Shown here piece after piece: positions 1-9,672 of a DNA stretch of 64,000 nucleotides. Both the position numbers and the translations under genes were made by a program. The notes beneath the pieces were generated by a model, which did no database searches, had not been told where the DNA came from, and saw only the letters and a list, made by a program, of their open reading frames with translations. How positions within the stretch are numbered: position 1 is the stretch's first letter; each line of letters begins with the position of its first letter. Location of the stretch: assembly GCA_002010305.1 (NCBI GenBank), contig MTND01000022.1:110128-174127 (forward strand). Reading direction: 5' to 3'. The DNA is from Archaeoglobi archaeon JdFR-42 (GTDB lineage Archaea; Halobacteriota; Archaeoglobi; Archaeoglobales; JdFR-42).

Positions 1-150
1 GAGGATGGTGGCATGCCATCTGGCAAGGTCTATCTGCATGTTTATGAATTGTTTGGTCTCATCATCACCAAAAATAATACTCATGGATAAGAACGACATG
101 CCCAGGAGAGAAACTCCGAGCGACAAATAAAGTGGTTCAGAACCACTCAT
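1..150 (-). CDS. partial CDS (first 50 codons; continues beyond window start), hydrophobic small-protein fragment
   Basis: Reverse strand has ATG at 150..148 and reads MSGSEPLYLSLGVSLLGMSFLSMSIIFGDDETKQF..., open to position 1. Absent from ORF track because no stop lies in the window. Confidence 0.3.
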   Translation of the reverse strand, partial: MSGSEPLYLSLGVSLLGMSFLSMSIIFGDDETKQFINMQIDLARWHATIL

Positions 151-307
151 TGCAAAAGATTTAAATGGACCTCATCATATAAAAAATTAGAGGGATTTTG
201 ACTTAGATATCCGTTAATTATCTTTCACAATATTACTGGAAACTTCAAAAGAATACCTTTAAACTACTATCTCAGCAACTTCAGTTCTTATATCTCCAAT
301 ATCTGCT

Positions 308-466
308 TCAATTTGAGTTTTCTATATCCATGTAGTCCTCTATCGCCTCTCTGATGTTTTCAAGGGCCTCTTCCCTGGTCTCTCCCTGGGAAACACAGCC
401 AGGGAAAGAGAACATAGACTACATACCACCTTTTTAGGCCTCTTTGAAGACGATCTTGAACCTCAC
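308..466 (-). pseudogene. HicB-like (UPF0150) antitoxin remnant with two in-frame stops
   Basis: Reverse frame reads (GTG)RFKIVFKEA*KGGM*SMFSFPGCVSQGETREEALENIREAIEDYMDIENSN*. The PGC-SQGET-EEAL-NI-EAI pattern is typical of HicB. TAA and TAG interrupt the N-terminal third. Confidence 0.45.
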
Positions 467-774
467 GGTTGCTTATTGGTTAAAGAAGTTGAAAAAGGTC
501 TCTACACTTGAGAAGATATTCTTGACTTTCCAAAAGATCTTTGATATTGAGATCGACACCCATGATTAAATCTATCCAAACACCAGAATGCTCTTTTCGA
601 AGGAAAAAACTCATCCAAGAAGTAATCCACTACATTGGTTGTAATACTCTTACAAGAAATGGTTTATGGACCTCCACTTTTCCATATCTACCTTTTGCAC
701 CACATTATTTAGTCTCTCAGAAGAACTATTTATGGAGTCTAACTTTGTCCCCATGCCTTTAACTCGGTTATTCA

Positions 775-847
775 TGCCGGGGGCGGGGTTCGAACCCGCG
801 GCCTTCAGATTATGAGTCTGACGCCCCACCAGCTAGGCCACCCCGGC
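775..847 (-). tRNA. tRNA-Met (anticodon CAT; elongator type, or tRNA-Ile2 if modified)
   Basis: Reverse complement is GCCGGGGTGGCCTAGCTGGTGGGGCGTCAGACTCATAATCTGAAGGCCGCGGGTTCGAACCCCGCCCCCGGCA. It has a cloverleaf with a 7-bp all-GC acceptor stem, a GTTCGAA T-loop and a CTCATAA anticodon loop. No CCA is encoded. Confidence 0.9.
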
Positions 848-1234
848 TCTCTCCAATGGAGGTAGGTCTCAAGCAGGTATATGTATTTTTCGGTAAAGCC
901 GTTCAGGACTTTTTTTAAGGCAATAATCTCTAATTCATGTCTGTTTCAGTGAAATCTATCGATATATGTCCAGTCAGCAATGTTTCATGACATATGACCG
1001 TTTAAAAGGGTTGAAGGGGATTAGGATTCTCAGTTATACTAGTTTAAATACTCAATGATACAAGACTTCCAGAAAGTCCATTATATTGTGGAAAAAATAC
1101 TTTGAAGGGTTTTTCACGTAATTGGATTCCTGTAGCATATTTGTTTGTATAATAAATCGAAAATAAGATAAAACAACTAAATGTACAAAAATTTATATAT
1201 TTGAAAGTATAACATAAAGTAATAGCCTGAATGA

Positions 1235-1621
1235 GTGGTGTTGGAGATGAGAGATAGACCAATAAGGATGTTTGATGAGCGGGATGAGGAACTGGTAGAG
1301 TTGCTCACAAAAACAGGTTTGAATCGTAATCTTGCGAAAGTAATCGTGTATCTTTCTAGTGTGGATGAAGCAGTTTCTCGAGAAATAGAAATGGCTGCTA
1401 ATCTCAGACAGCCAGAAGTCAGTCTCGCTATGAATGAATTAAGGCAGAAAAACTGGATTGAAGAGAAAGAGATCAAAAAGAAGGGGAAAGGCAGACCCCT
1501 CAAAAGTTATAGGTTACTAGTTGATCTAAGGGATATAGTAGAAGATCTAATAAAGAAGAAAAGAGAAGAGCTTGAGCAGATGAAAAAAGATCTTGACAGA
1601 CTTGAAGAACTTACCTCCTAA
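1235..1621 (+). CDS. winged-helix (ArsR/TrmB-like) transcriptional regulator with C-terminal coiled coil
   Basis: 128 aa. The segment LVELLTKTGLNRNLAKVIVYLSSVDEAVSREIEMAANLRQPEVSLAMNELRQKNWI looks like an HTH plus wing. The true start may be the ATG at 1247. Confidence 0.65.
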   Translation: MVLEMRDRPIRMFDERDEELVELLTKTGLNRNLAKVIVYLSSVDEAVSREIEMAANLRQPEVSLAMNELRQKNWIEEKEIKKKGKGRPLKSYRLLVDLRDIVEDLIKKKREELEQMKKDLDRLEELTS

Positions 1622-2395
1622 TCTGACTCCACAATAATTAATAATACTCATAAGAAAATTTATCAATGTTAGGGATATAAATATAGGATCCGAGTAGCTT
1701 TACCAGCGTATTTGTTATTGTTTGTATATGCTATGATAAAAATGGATGCACCGTCATCAATAATTTTGAATTTATAAATCATAGATTTTACAATGAAAAA
1801 GGTAAGAACTGAAAAAATCAAGTTGATTGGTGAACGATTGAATTATTAATCGACCAAGAAGAAAAAGTTCAGTACAAACCTTTAAGTAAAGGTAGCACTT
1901 AGAATTGTATGGTAAGTGTGCAAAGGTCCATCAAACATATTTTTTGAAAATAATAGTGAGAGAAGCTGGTGGTGTCATCAATTTCCGGATGGATGAACTT
2001 CAATTTGATCATGGAATACTCATATAAGAAAGGGGGTGTACGGGTGCGTGATATGGTGTGAGCTCCGGTTGAGAAGGGCCAAAGAATGGGAATGCAACTC
2101 TACTCTATGCCAAAATTGGCTTGGGAATGGTGGAATTTGTATGGGCAATTTCCCTTCTTCAACTACAACTATGGTTAGTATTGGATGAGGAGGAATGAAT
2201 AAAACATTCATGAAAGTTCCATTAACACTTGAAAGGCTAAATTATTCCCTCAATAAAAACAAAAATCGACGATATTTATAGCTTTGTAAGATTTTTACTT
2301 ATTCTTTAGTCTCTTTGGATTGCAATCTCTCCCCATGTTAAAAACAATGAACTAAAAAATAAAAGGGGGACAGGAATGTCACCCACGGTTATTAG

Positions 2396-2507
2396 TCCCG
2401 CCTCCCGGATTTGAACCGGGGACAACGCGGTTTCCACGCGGTATTCTTGCCTCTTGGCAAGTCTCACACTACAGCCGCGCGCTCTGGCCAGTCTGAGCTA
2501 AGGCGGG
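2396..2507 (-). tRNA. tRNA-Tyr (anticodon GTA) with a 37-nt intron at the canonical 37/38 position
   Basis: Reverse complement is CCCGCCT-TA-GCTC-AGACTGGCCA-GAGC-G-CGCGG-CTGTAG[37-nt intron]A-CCGCG-TTGTC-CCCGG-TTCAAAT-CCGGG-AGGCGGG-A. The mature tRNA is 75 nt with a C1:G72 pair and A73, typical of archaeal tRNA-Tyr. Confidence 0.85.
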
Positions 2508-2595
2508 ATAACAGTATAGAGTTAAAGCATTGGCTTAAAATTTTTTCGGTCGAATTTATCATGATTGCCAAGTCTCCATCGGACCATTGCAAGGG

Positions 2596-3150
2596 TTACT
2601 TAAATACCCTGTCAAAGAATGGATTTTTACCACTCGAAGCAATGGGTATGCCAAAGACGACATCACTCACTGTATATCCCAGCTTTCTCGCTGCCGTACC
2701 AATCCTGTACATCACTCTGTTATCTGCGTTCAAAATCCCGGCAGTTTTAACAGCAGAACCTATTGCTATCCCAAGATCCACCAGCTTAAAGGCACATGAA
2801 GGTCCTAGATAGTCTTTACCCCCCTGTCTCTCTCTCTTTTTAAATCCTTCGCAGGTAACGAATCCACATGCCCCACAGTTAAGTCCAAGGCTTTTCCCTC
2901 CTTTTACTCCAACCAAGATGACACAACTGGCTTTTTCAACTCCAATTGCATCTCTAATGAAGTTTCTCTCCTTCTCTTTAGACATGTCCTTCATTTTTTT
3001 TGCCAGCTTATCTTTCTCTTCTCCCGTTATCACAACTATCTCAATATCGTCTATCCCAGCACTTTTTGGGGCAGTTCTGGCAGAAAGGGCCATTAAATGA
3101 GCAACTATTTCCATAATGTTATCTCTAATCTCTTCCTCTTTTTTTAACAT
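2596..3150 (-). CDS. DUF2148-type ferredoxin-domain protein
   Basis: 184 aa with Cys cluster GLNCGACGFVTCEG plus GPSCAFK. Lies 5 nt downstream of the DGGGP synthase gene. Confidence 0.55.
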   Translation of the reverse strand: MLKKEEEIRDNIMEIVAHLMALSARTAPKSAGIDDIEIVVITGEEKDKLAKKMKDMSKEKERNFIRDAIGVEKASCVILVGVKGGKSLGLNCGACGFVTCEGFKKRERQGGKDYLGPSCAFKLVDLGIAIGSAVKTAGILNADNRVMYRIGTAARKLGYTVSDVVFGIPIASSGKNPFFDRVFK

Positions 3151-3155
3151 TTATA

Positions 3156-4031
3156 TCACCTTATTATAATTCCAGCAAGAAAGGCCATAAGACCCATGAA
3201 TAGACCTGTTAAGCTTACTTTTCTTAGATTTTTAATACTGTAATCCCTTTTTCTCCAGAGTGACACTGTCACATACATAAGTATGACATCGGTTATAAAA
3301 ACTAAGCCAAGATACACTAGGTTTCCATGGTAGGCCGATTCTGGATGTAAGTAGGGTATTGGAGAAAAAGCGACAGATATACCAAACAGAATTCCTGCGA
3401 TAATGCCTGCTTTTCTCTCACCCAATTCCCTAGCAATAGATCTCACATTTCTCAGTGCATCACCATGGACGTCTTCGATACCCTTCATAATCTCTCTTCC
3501 CAGACCAGCAGAAAAAGCGATAATGGAAAGCATAGCAATGTCCCAAGTAATCCATCTGGTTGCAACAACGCTCCCGTAAATGAATGGGGCTGCCATGGTA
3601 AAAGCTATGTAAGAGTTTCCACCCAGTCCAGTCTCCTTTATTTTAACATCATATAGGACACCCATTACTGTTATGATAAGAGCAAGAACAAAGGACGGAA
3701 AGTTCACAAGGGCTGCTGTAATCAGACCGAGGGGTATCATGATAAGTGATGCCCTCATGGCATCCTGTTTAGTCAGGTCCCCCCTCACAAGGGGCCTATC
3801 TCTTCGTTTGTTTGCTTTATCCACTTCAAAATCGTAGTAGTCATTGAGAGCAAAGGTACCCGCCTGAAGAAACAGGGCCGTGAGAAATCCGAAAATTATA
3901 CTGTTTATTTCGACATTAAGCCCCACAGCGATAAAGGCACCTATCCATACACCGACTCCATACATAAATCCATGTTCAAGTCTGAAAAGCTGCCATAATG
4001 CCTGTAATTTCTTCAACGTAAGTCCTCTCAT
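3156..4031 (-). CDS. UbiA-family prenyltransferase, probable digeranylgeranylglyceryl phosphate (DGGGP) synthase
   Basis: 291 aa and polytopic. Has the motif NDYYDFEVDKANKRRDRPLVRG. Adjacent to GGGP synthase. Confidence 0.8.
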   Translation of the reverse strand: MRGLTLKKLQALWQLFRLEHGFMYGVGVWIGAFIAVGLNVEINSIIFGFLTALFLQAGTFALNDYYDFEVDKANKRRDRPLVRGDLTKQDAMRASLIMIPLGLITAALVNFPSFVLALIITVMGVLYDVKIKETGLGGNSYIAFTMAAPFIYGSVVATRWITWDIAMLSIIAFSAGLGREIMKGIEDVHGDALRNVRSIARELGERKAGIIAGILFGISVAFSPIPYLHPESAYHGNLVYLGLVFITDVILMYVTVSLWRKRDYSIKNLRKVSLTGLFMGLMAFLAGIIIR

Positions 4032-4085
4032 ATTCTTCTCCTATCAGCTTTCCGGGCAGAATGTTAATGGTTGTTGTGTCATAGG

Positions 4086-4790
4086 TTATAGTATGGTCTC
4101 TACGAATTTATCCAGTCCTTTCTCATACACAACATTTCCTACAACGATGGCATCTGCATATCTACTCATTTCCAGTGCTCTTTTCCTCTCGGTTATTCCA
4201 CCACCGTAAATCAACATGGCTCTAGACAGCCTAGATTTAACCTCTCTGACCAGTTCAGGATTTCCATAAGTCCCGCTGTACTCTATGTATATTATGGGAA
4301 AAGAGAACAGCATTTCAGCAGCAACTGCGTATGAAGCAACCTCTTTAGGAGTCAATTCAGTCCTCGCTTTCGTAACTTCTCCCACAGCTGAGGCTGGGTT
4401 TAGCACGATATATGCTTCCATGACAACTTTCTCTAAAAGATCTGAAAATCCCTCAATTGCCTCATAGTGGCTGTAAACCCATTGAGCATGTTTTCCAATT
4501 ACCCATTCTACATCTGTGGCATTGATAACAGATGGAACGAATATAAAATCTACTTCAGTAACTACACCAGATGGGTCTGAGGGTTCAAGGACTACAGGGA
4601 TGTCATAATCCTTTACCATCTCAATGAGCTCCATAGCTTTATCCGCTGTCACATTCTGAGTTCCAGATATCATGATGGCATCGGTTCCTGAATCAACTAT
4701 TTTTGCCACAAGTTCCGGACTATTTGGTCTGTCAGGATCGAGTTTAGTGATATGTCTCCAGTTTCTCCATTTCATAGTTATCCCATCCAT
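4086..4790 (-). CDS. geranylgeranylglyceryl phosphate (GGGP) synthase, PcrB family
   Basis: 234 aa. Contains [11 protein letters not shown], a C-terminal IYGGGI region and a TIM-barrel-like pattern. Confidence 0.85.
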   Translation of the reverse strand: MDGITMKWRNWRHITKLDPDRPNSPELVAKIVDSGTDAIMISGTQNVTADKAMELIEMVKDYDIPVVLEPSDPSGVVTEVDFIFVPSVINATDVEWVIGKHAQWVYSHYEAIEGFSDLLEKVVMEAYIVLNPASAVGEVTKARTELTPKEVASYAVAAEMLFSFPIIYIEYSGTYGNPELVREVKSRLSRAMLIYGGGITERKRALEMSRYADAIVVGNVVYEKGLDKFVETIL

Positions 4791-5464
4791 CCAAAGATCG
4801 CTGAAACTATAAATAATGCATAATAAACTTCATAATTTCCAGCTCCTCCAATGCTGATTACTGGACTGCCATATTCCTCTTTCGCGCTCCCCAGCATAGT
4901 TACATGGGCCAAAAAAATTCCCAATACTCCTGAAGAGAAAATAAGCGATGCAGAATATGGGTGATTTATTACCAGCCCAACAATCAGTGGTGTGAGGAAT
5001 ACGTAGGAAGGAGTGGTTATGCCAACTCCACCCTCAAAATCAGATGCAAGATACACAATCACCCATGTGATCAGAATGATTACTAGATGCTCCACCCAGA
5101 GCTTGGATGACAGCAGCATGATAGAAACAATCAACATTACAAGGATAGATAGATTCAGGGAAATGGCTGAGTGAAACAATCTAGGATTACCGGAGAGCAT
5201 ATTTTCCTTCAAGGAAACTTTGTACCGTTTTTCAAGGATATGCACAGCATCTTTGCTGAAGGGGGGTTTTCTCGTCCTCATATGGTATAGAGGTATGTCC
5301 ACTAGGCTACCGGCCCATATTATCACTCCAATTAAGGCAAGAAACATCCCTGTTATTGATCCAAAACTGATTCTGGAAAAGGCAGCCACATATACCACAG
5401 GAAAAATAAGCAACCCCTTCAGTACAAGATCCCAAGGTTCATATAAATTGATGGGGCCTCTCAT
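4778..5464 (-). CDS. polytopic membrane protein of unknown function
   Basis: 228 aa with about 6 hydrophobic segments. Its 3' end overlaps the GGGP synthase start by 13 nt. Confidence 0.5.
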   Translation of the reverse strand: MRGPINLYEPWDLVLKGLLIFPVVYVAAFSRISFGSITGMFLALIGVIIWAGSLVDIPLYHMRTRKPPFSKDAVHILEKRYKVSLKENMLSGNPRLFHSAISLNLSILVMLIVSIMLLSSKLWVEHLVIILITWVIVYLASDFEGGVGITTPSYVFLTPLIVGLVINHPYSASLIFSSGVLGIFLAHVTMLGSAKEEYGSPVISIGGAGNYEVYYALFIVSAIFGWMG

Positions 5465-5521
5465 CAGAGAGAATTATATGGTATTAATTTAAATAACTTC
5501 TGCTCTGTCTTATCTCTCCGG

Positions 5522-6067
5522 TTATTCCAGAACTTCCCAGTCAAGGGTTGCCTCCTTTAGTTCCCTTCGTTTCTTTTCCAGATATCTCAAAACTGAACTA
5601 TGGCTCGCTCCATCCATCAGCATCTCTACGGCGTGCCTGATTATTTTAATCTGAGGGGGTGATCCTATGATAGAAACAGTCTTCCCATAAATGCTGACAT
5701 ATGCCCCGATTAAATCTTCCATGGCCCTCCGGATTTTTCCATCTTTGCCTATTATTCTTCCTTTTATCCTTCTGAGAGCATCTTTAGTGGTAAAGGATCC
5801 AGATAAGTCTATTATATCCAGCATTATGAAGTCACTCTCAAACAACTTCATTGCTACTTGGGGATTAAAACCTCTACCAATTGCTTTAACCACGTCCATA
5901 CACTTCAACATGCCAAGGGGATCTCCACCCTCTTCAATCTCTACTAGTCCCGTTTCACTATCTATATTCAGTGTACATCCTGAATAACTCTCTATGGCTT
6001 TTTTTACTTCTCCATCTTTCCCTATGAGTACTCCTACCCTCTCTCTGGGAATTCGGATATGTTGCAT
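5522..6067 (-). CDS. KH-domain RNA-binding protein (Dim2/Pno1-like)
   Basis: 181 aa with two KH-like GxxG segments (IGKDGEVKK, IGKDGKIRR). Sits in the conserved aIF1A-Rio-KH arrangement. Confidence 0.8.
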   Translation of the reverse strand: MQHIRIPRERVGVLIGKDGEVKKAIESYSGCTLNIDSETGLVEIEEGGDPLGMLKCMDVVKAIGRGFNPQVAMKLFESDFIMLDIIDLSGSFTTKDALRRIKGRIIGKDGKIRRAMEDLIGAYVSIYGKTVSIIGSPPQIKIIRHAVEMLMDGASHSSVLRYLEKKRRELKEATLDWEVLE

Positions 6068-6834
6068 TATGCCATTACCTCTCTCAAAAGCTCATTGACA
6101 TCAGATTTTATGCCATATTTGGAAAAAAATCTTACGATGTTTTTCAAATCTCGTCTCAAAAATTCCATAGCGTTGGGATGATCAAGGAGAACTGATTGTC
6201 CCATGTCTATAAGGACTGGCCTTTCATCCCACAATATGTTGTATTCACTGAGGTCAGCATGGACAAGTTGGATTTCCAACAGTTTTTTCACCTCTTTCAC
6301 AATTTGATTGAACAAATCATCCACATCGGTAAGTTCTGGAAGAGCGTTTCCAATGTCTCGCAGTGTTGGGGCCGGCACACCATCTACTCCAATAAACTGC
6401 ATTATCAGGACATTGTTAAGAAAAATTATAGGTTCAGGTACTGCAACTCCAGCTTTGAAGGCTCGTTCAAGGTTTTTAAACTCTTTTTTTGCCCATGTAT
6501 AAATAAGCTGTCGTTTCGTATATTTCACTTTGGTAAAACGTGGGTCTCCTGCGATATAATCCTCCATATTGTGGAATTCAGACGTCTCTATCTTGTATAT
6601 CTTAACAGCTACCTCTCCACTCTCTCCAAGAGCGTGGAATACATTAGCCTCTTTTCCAGCGTTGATAACTCCACCAAGAGCAGTAATAATCTTTCTATTG
6701 CTAAGTTTGTATAAAGTCTTAAGAACGGATGTATCAATGACATCTGCAAAAATCTTAAAATCATCCGCATCCTTATTTTTTATTTTTAGCTTGTTAAGAT
6801 ACCATTCAATCCGGTCAAGATCTTTTACGGGCAT
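6067..6834 (-). CDS. rio1: RIO-type serine protein kinase (Rio1)
   Basis: 255 aa. Contains GKEANVF, VAVKIYK and LVHADLSEYNIL kinase motifs. Confidence 0.85.
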   Translation of the reverse strand: MPVKDLDRIEWYLNKLKIKNKDADDFKIFADVIDTSVLKTLYKLSNRKIITALGGVINAGKEANVFHALGESGEVAVKIYKIETSEFHNMEDYIAGDPRFTKVKYTKRQLIYTWAKKEFKNLERAFKAGVAVPEPIIFLNNVLIMQFIGVDGVPAPTLRDIGNALPELTDVDDLFNQIVKEVKKLLEIQLVHADLSEYNILWDERPVLIDMGQSVLLDHPNAMEFLRRDLKNIVRFFSKYGIKSDVNELLREVMA

Positions 6835-6838
6835 CTTT

Positions 6839-7123
6839 CTATAGATAACCCTTTTTCTCCAGCCATTCTACCTGTGGATTGGTATATCTCCATATCACAT
6901 CGGCCTTTTCATCCTGAAAATCCCACGGCACCACTATTACCACGTCCCCTTCTCGTATCCATATCCTTTTTTTTAGTTTCCCTGGAATTCTGGCAATCCT
7001 AGTCTTTCCATCAAGACATTTCACCCGAATATGGTTCGCTCCAAGAAGAGATTCAACAATCCCAAATACTTCTCTTTTTGATGGGTCTGGAATTCTTACT
7101 CGTACTACTTCATTTCCATTCTG
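6839..7123 (-). CDS. eif1a: translation initiation factor aIF1A (5' end uncertain)
   Basis: The frame is open from 7147 and reads ...[69 protein letters not shown]... The track ORF (GTG 7024) would truncate the OB fold. There is no in-frame ATG/GTG/TTG upstream of it. Confidence 0.8.
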   Translation of the reverse strand, partial: QNGNEVVRVRIPDPSKREVFGIVESLLGANHIRVKCLDGKTRIARIPGKLKKRIWIREGDVVIVVPWDFQDEKADVIWRYTNPQVEWLEKKGYL

Positions 7124-7128
7124 TTTTC

Positions 7129-8097
7129 TCAGTCTGACACCCCACGTTTAAGTCTCCTTCTAGCAGGTTCGATTAACTCGTTTATATATTTTGCTGCATT
7201 TATTTTCAGATCCATGGGATGAATTTTTCCTAAGTGGTAATCCTCTTCTAAAAGAGAATAGGAATCATATACGACATCCCCTCCGAATTTATCGTCTCGT
7301 TCAAGGGTGATATGTTCATATCGTGGAAATATATGGTATCGAAACATCTGCAATACAGGGTTATTTTCGATCTCACCTAGAGGACAGAATGCTCTCTTTA
7401 TTTTTTTATTAACATCTCCCTCAGAATCATCTACTGAAATAAAATTACCCTTAGAGGAAGACATTTTTTCTCCATCAAGCCCCAGAAGGATGGGGGTATG
7501 TAGACATACAGGAGCTTTGTACCCAATTCGAGGTAGGTTCTCTCTGGCGAGCATATGTATTTTTCGCTGGTCTATTCCTCCCACTGCCAGATCCACACCA
7601 AGATATGCAATGTCCATAGCCTGCATTAAAGGATACACCATCTGAGAAATAAGGGGATCTGTTTTTCTACGACTTACTTCATCCATACTCCGCTTTGCTC
7701 TGTTCAGTGTAGTAAGTCGGGCCAATTTCAACAGATTGATAACGTAATCTCTCTCAAACTGGTAGGTAGAACCGAGAACAAACCTAGCTTTTCTCTCATC
7801 CAGGCCGAGAGCTATGAAGACCTCTCTGTTCATTTCTGCCACCTTTTCAATCTCCTCGAAGCTACCCTTCTCGTTGAGGTAAGCATGAACGTCTGCTAAT
7901 AGGATTATCACTTTAAATCCGACTTCCTGAAGATCTATAAGTTTGTTCACAGTCAACAGATGGCCGAGATGAATCTTTCCACTTGGCTCATATCCTACAT
8001 AAGTGGTGGTCTCTCTCTTTTCCAGCAAATCCTTGAGTTCGTGTTCGGTAATTATCTCTTCGGTATTCCGGAGTACTCTCTGGATTTTATCCCTCAT
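7129..8097 (-). CDS. tyrS: tyrosyl-tRNA synthetase (archaeal type)
   Basis: 322 aa with an HLGH (HIGH) motif and KMSSSKGN (KMSKS). Confidence 0.95.
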   Translation of the reverse strand: MRDKIQRVLRNTEEIITEHELKDLLEKRETTTYVGYEPSGKIHLGHLLTVNKLIDLQEVGFKVIILLADVHAYLNEKGSFEEIEKVAEMNREVFIALGLDERKARFVLGSTYQFERDYVINLLKLARLTTLNRAKRSMDEVSRRKTDPLISQMVYPLMQAMDIAYLGVDLAVGGIDQRKIHMLARENLPRIGYKAPVCLHTPILLGLDGEKMSSSKGNFISVDDSEGDVNKKIKRAFCPLGEIENNPVLQMFRYHIFPRYEHITLERDDKFGGDVVYDSYSLLEEDYHLGKIHPMDLKINAAKYINELIEPARRRLKRGVSD

Positions 8098-8328
8098 TCT
8101 CTCTCTCCTGTAGAAATTTATTTAAGTTCCCAACAGAGCAATAACAACATATAATTTTCGGGTCATCAGGTATATCTGCTTCTGATGTATTGGATATACA
8201 TCTATAAAATTTTCTGGAAAAATCTGACTAATCTTATTTACTTTTTATCTATGATGTGAAATAAACCCCCTTACCCTCTTTGAGTAGTGACAAACATCTT
8301 TTTAAACCATCATGTTTTACCTTCATGT

Positions 8329-9672
8329 ATGCCAGTCCATCCCATTGAATTCAGGTACGGAACCCAGGAAATGAAGTCCATCTGGGATGAGGAGAACAAG
8401 ATCCGCTTAATGATTCGGGTTGAACTTGCTCTCCTGAAATCCCTGGCCAAGCATGGATTTGTCTCCAGTAAGGAGGTTGAAGAGCTGGAAAAAAAATGTG
8501 AGACCGTAAAAGTAGATAGAATAAAGGAAATTGAGGCTGAAATTAAACATGACATAATGGCTCTTGTGAAAGCTATGTCAGAGGTGGCTGAAGGAGATGC
8601 AGGAAAATGGATTCATTTTGGTGCAACCTCTAACGATATAATTGATACTGCTACAGCTCTTCAATTAAGAGATAGTCTCACTTTGATTAAAGAGAAACTG
8701 GTTGAACTTTTGAGAGAACTGGTTAAAAAAGCTAAAGAACACATAGATACTATTTGTCTGGGAAGAACTCATGGACAAGCAGCTATTCCAACAACCTACG
8801 GTTTCAGATTTGCGGTATGGGCATCTGAAATTATGAGACATCTTGAACGTCTGAGTGAAGTGGAAAAACGAGTTGTCGTAGGCCAGATAACGGGAGCGGT
8901 AGGAACTCAGGCAGCATATGGTGATATGGGCGAATCCATTGAGGCCGAAGCTATGCAATATCTAGAGATAAAGAGTGTGGATATTGCCACCCAGATCATC
9001 CCCCGGGATTTGTATGGAGAATATGTGATGTTTCTTGCTGGAATAGCGACAACACTGGAAAAATTTGCTACTACAATTAGGGTATTGCAGAGGACTGAAG
9101 TTGGAGAATTGGAAGAAGAATTTGGAGAAAAACAAGTCGGATCCTCTACCATGCCTCATAAGAGAAATCCAATAACCGCTGAACAGATATGTGGGATTGC
9201 AAGAGTGGTAAGAGGGTTTATTGGACCAGCTTTAGAGAGCACTATTCTCTGGGAAGAAAGAGATTTAAGTAACTCTTCAGCAGAAAGAATAATCCTGCCA
9301 GAAGTGAGTGTTCTTGTAGATCACATACTGACACAAACAATTCGAGTTATCCAAAAACTGACAGTTAATGAGAAACGAGTGCGTGAAAATATGGAGCGGC
9401 TTAAAGGATTAAACATGGCAGAAAGTGTTATGATAGCGTTAACAAAAAAAGGCGCCTCAAGACAAGAAGCTCATGAAATAGTACGAAAAGCGTCCATGAG
9501 AGCATATGGGGAAGATAAAGGCCTGATTGAGGTTTTATTGGAAGACGAAGCTGTGATGAGGTATTTTAGAAAAGAAGACCTTAAGCGTATATTGTTGCCA
9601 GAGAACTACCTTGGGACTGCAAAAATGAGAGTTGAAACCATTCTGGAAAAGGCTGAAAAGTGGCTCAAATGA
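8329..9672 (+). CDS. purB: adenylosuccinate lyase
   Basis: Motifs GATSNDIIDTA and SSTMPHKRNP. The likely start is MPVHPIEFRYG at 8329, in frame with track start 8287. Confidence 0.9.
   Translation: MPVHPIEFRYGTQEMKSIWDEENKIRLMIRVELALLKSLAKHGFVSSKEVEELEKKCETVKVDRIKEIEAEIKHDIMALVKAMSEVAEGDAGKWIHFGATSNDIIDTATALQLRDSLTLIKEKLVELLRELVKKAKEHIDTICLGRTHGQAAIPTTYGFRFAVWASEIMRHLERLSEVEKRVVVGQITGAVGTQAAYGDMGESIEAEAMQYLEIKSVDIATQIIPRDLYGEYVMFLAGIATTLEKFATTIRVLQRTEVGELEEEFGEKQVGSSTMPHKRNPITAEQICGIARVVRGFIGPALESTILWEERDLSNSSAERIILPEVSVLVDHILTQTIRVIQKLTVNEKRVRENMERLKGLNMAESVMIALTKKGASRQEAHEIVRKASMRAYGEDKGLIEVLLEDEAVMRYFRKEDLKRILLPENYLGTAKMRVETILEKAEKWLK

Noticed and set aside
308-466. Reading the in-frame TAG of the HicB-like frame as pyrrolysine
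   Set aside because: A second in-frame stop is TAA, there is no Pyl machinery in the window, and the neighbourhood is decayed. A pseudogene is the simpler reading.
541-762. 73-aa + strand ORF next to tRNA-Met
   Set aside because: No motif and odd composition. The opposite strand carries the more protein-like (though broken) frames.
467-770. HicA toxin upstream of the HicB remnant
   Set aside because: The reverse frame ends ...CRDLFQLL and is interrupted by a TAG, but it lacks the GSH / dsRBD-like HicA motifs. The resemblance is too faint.
2411-2812. ORFs 2411..2812(+) and 2587..2799(+)
   Set aside because: They overlap the tRNA-Tyr gene and the antisense strand of the DUF2148 gene, so they are spurious.
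6839-7024. Track ORF start (GTG 7024) for aIF1A
   Set aside because: It would remove the conserved N-terminal strands (EVVRVRIP...[14 protein letters not shown]), which are clearly encoded in frame upstream.
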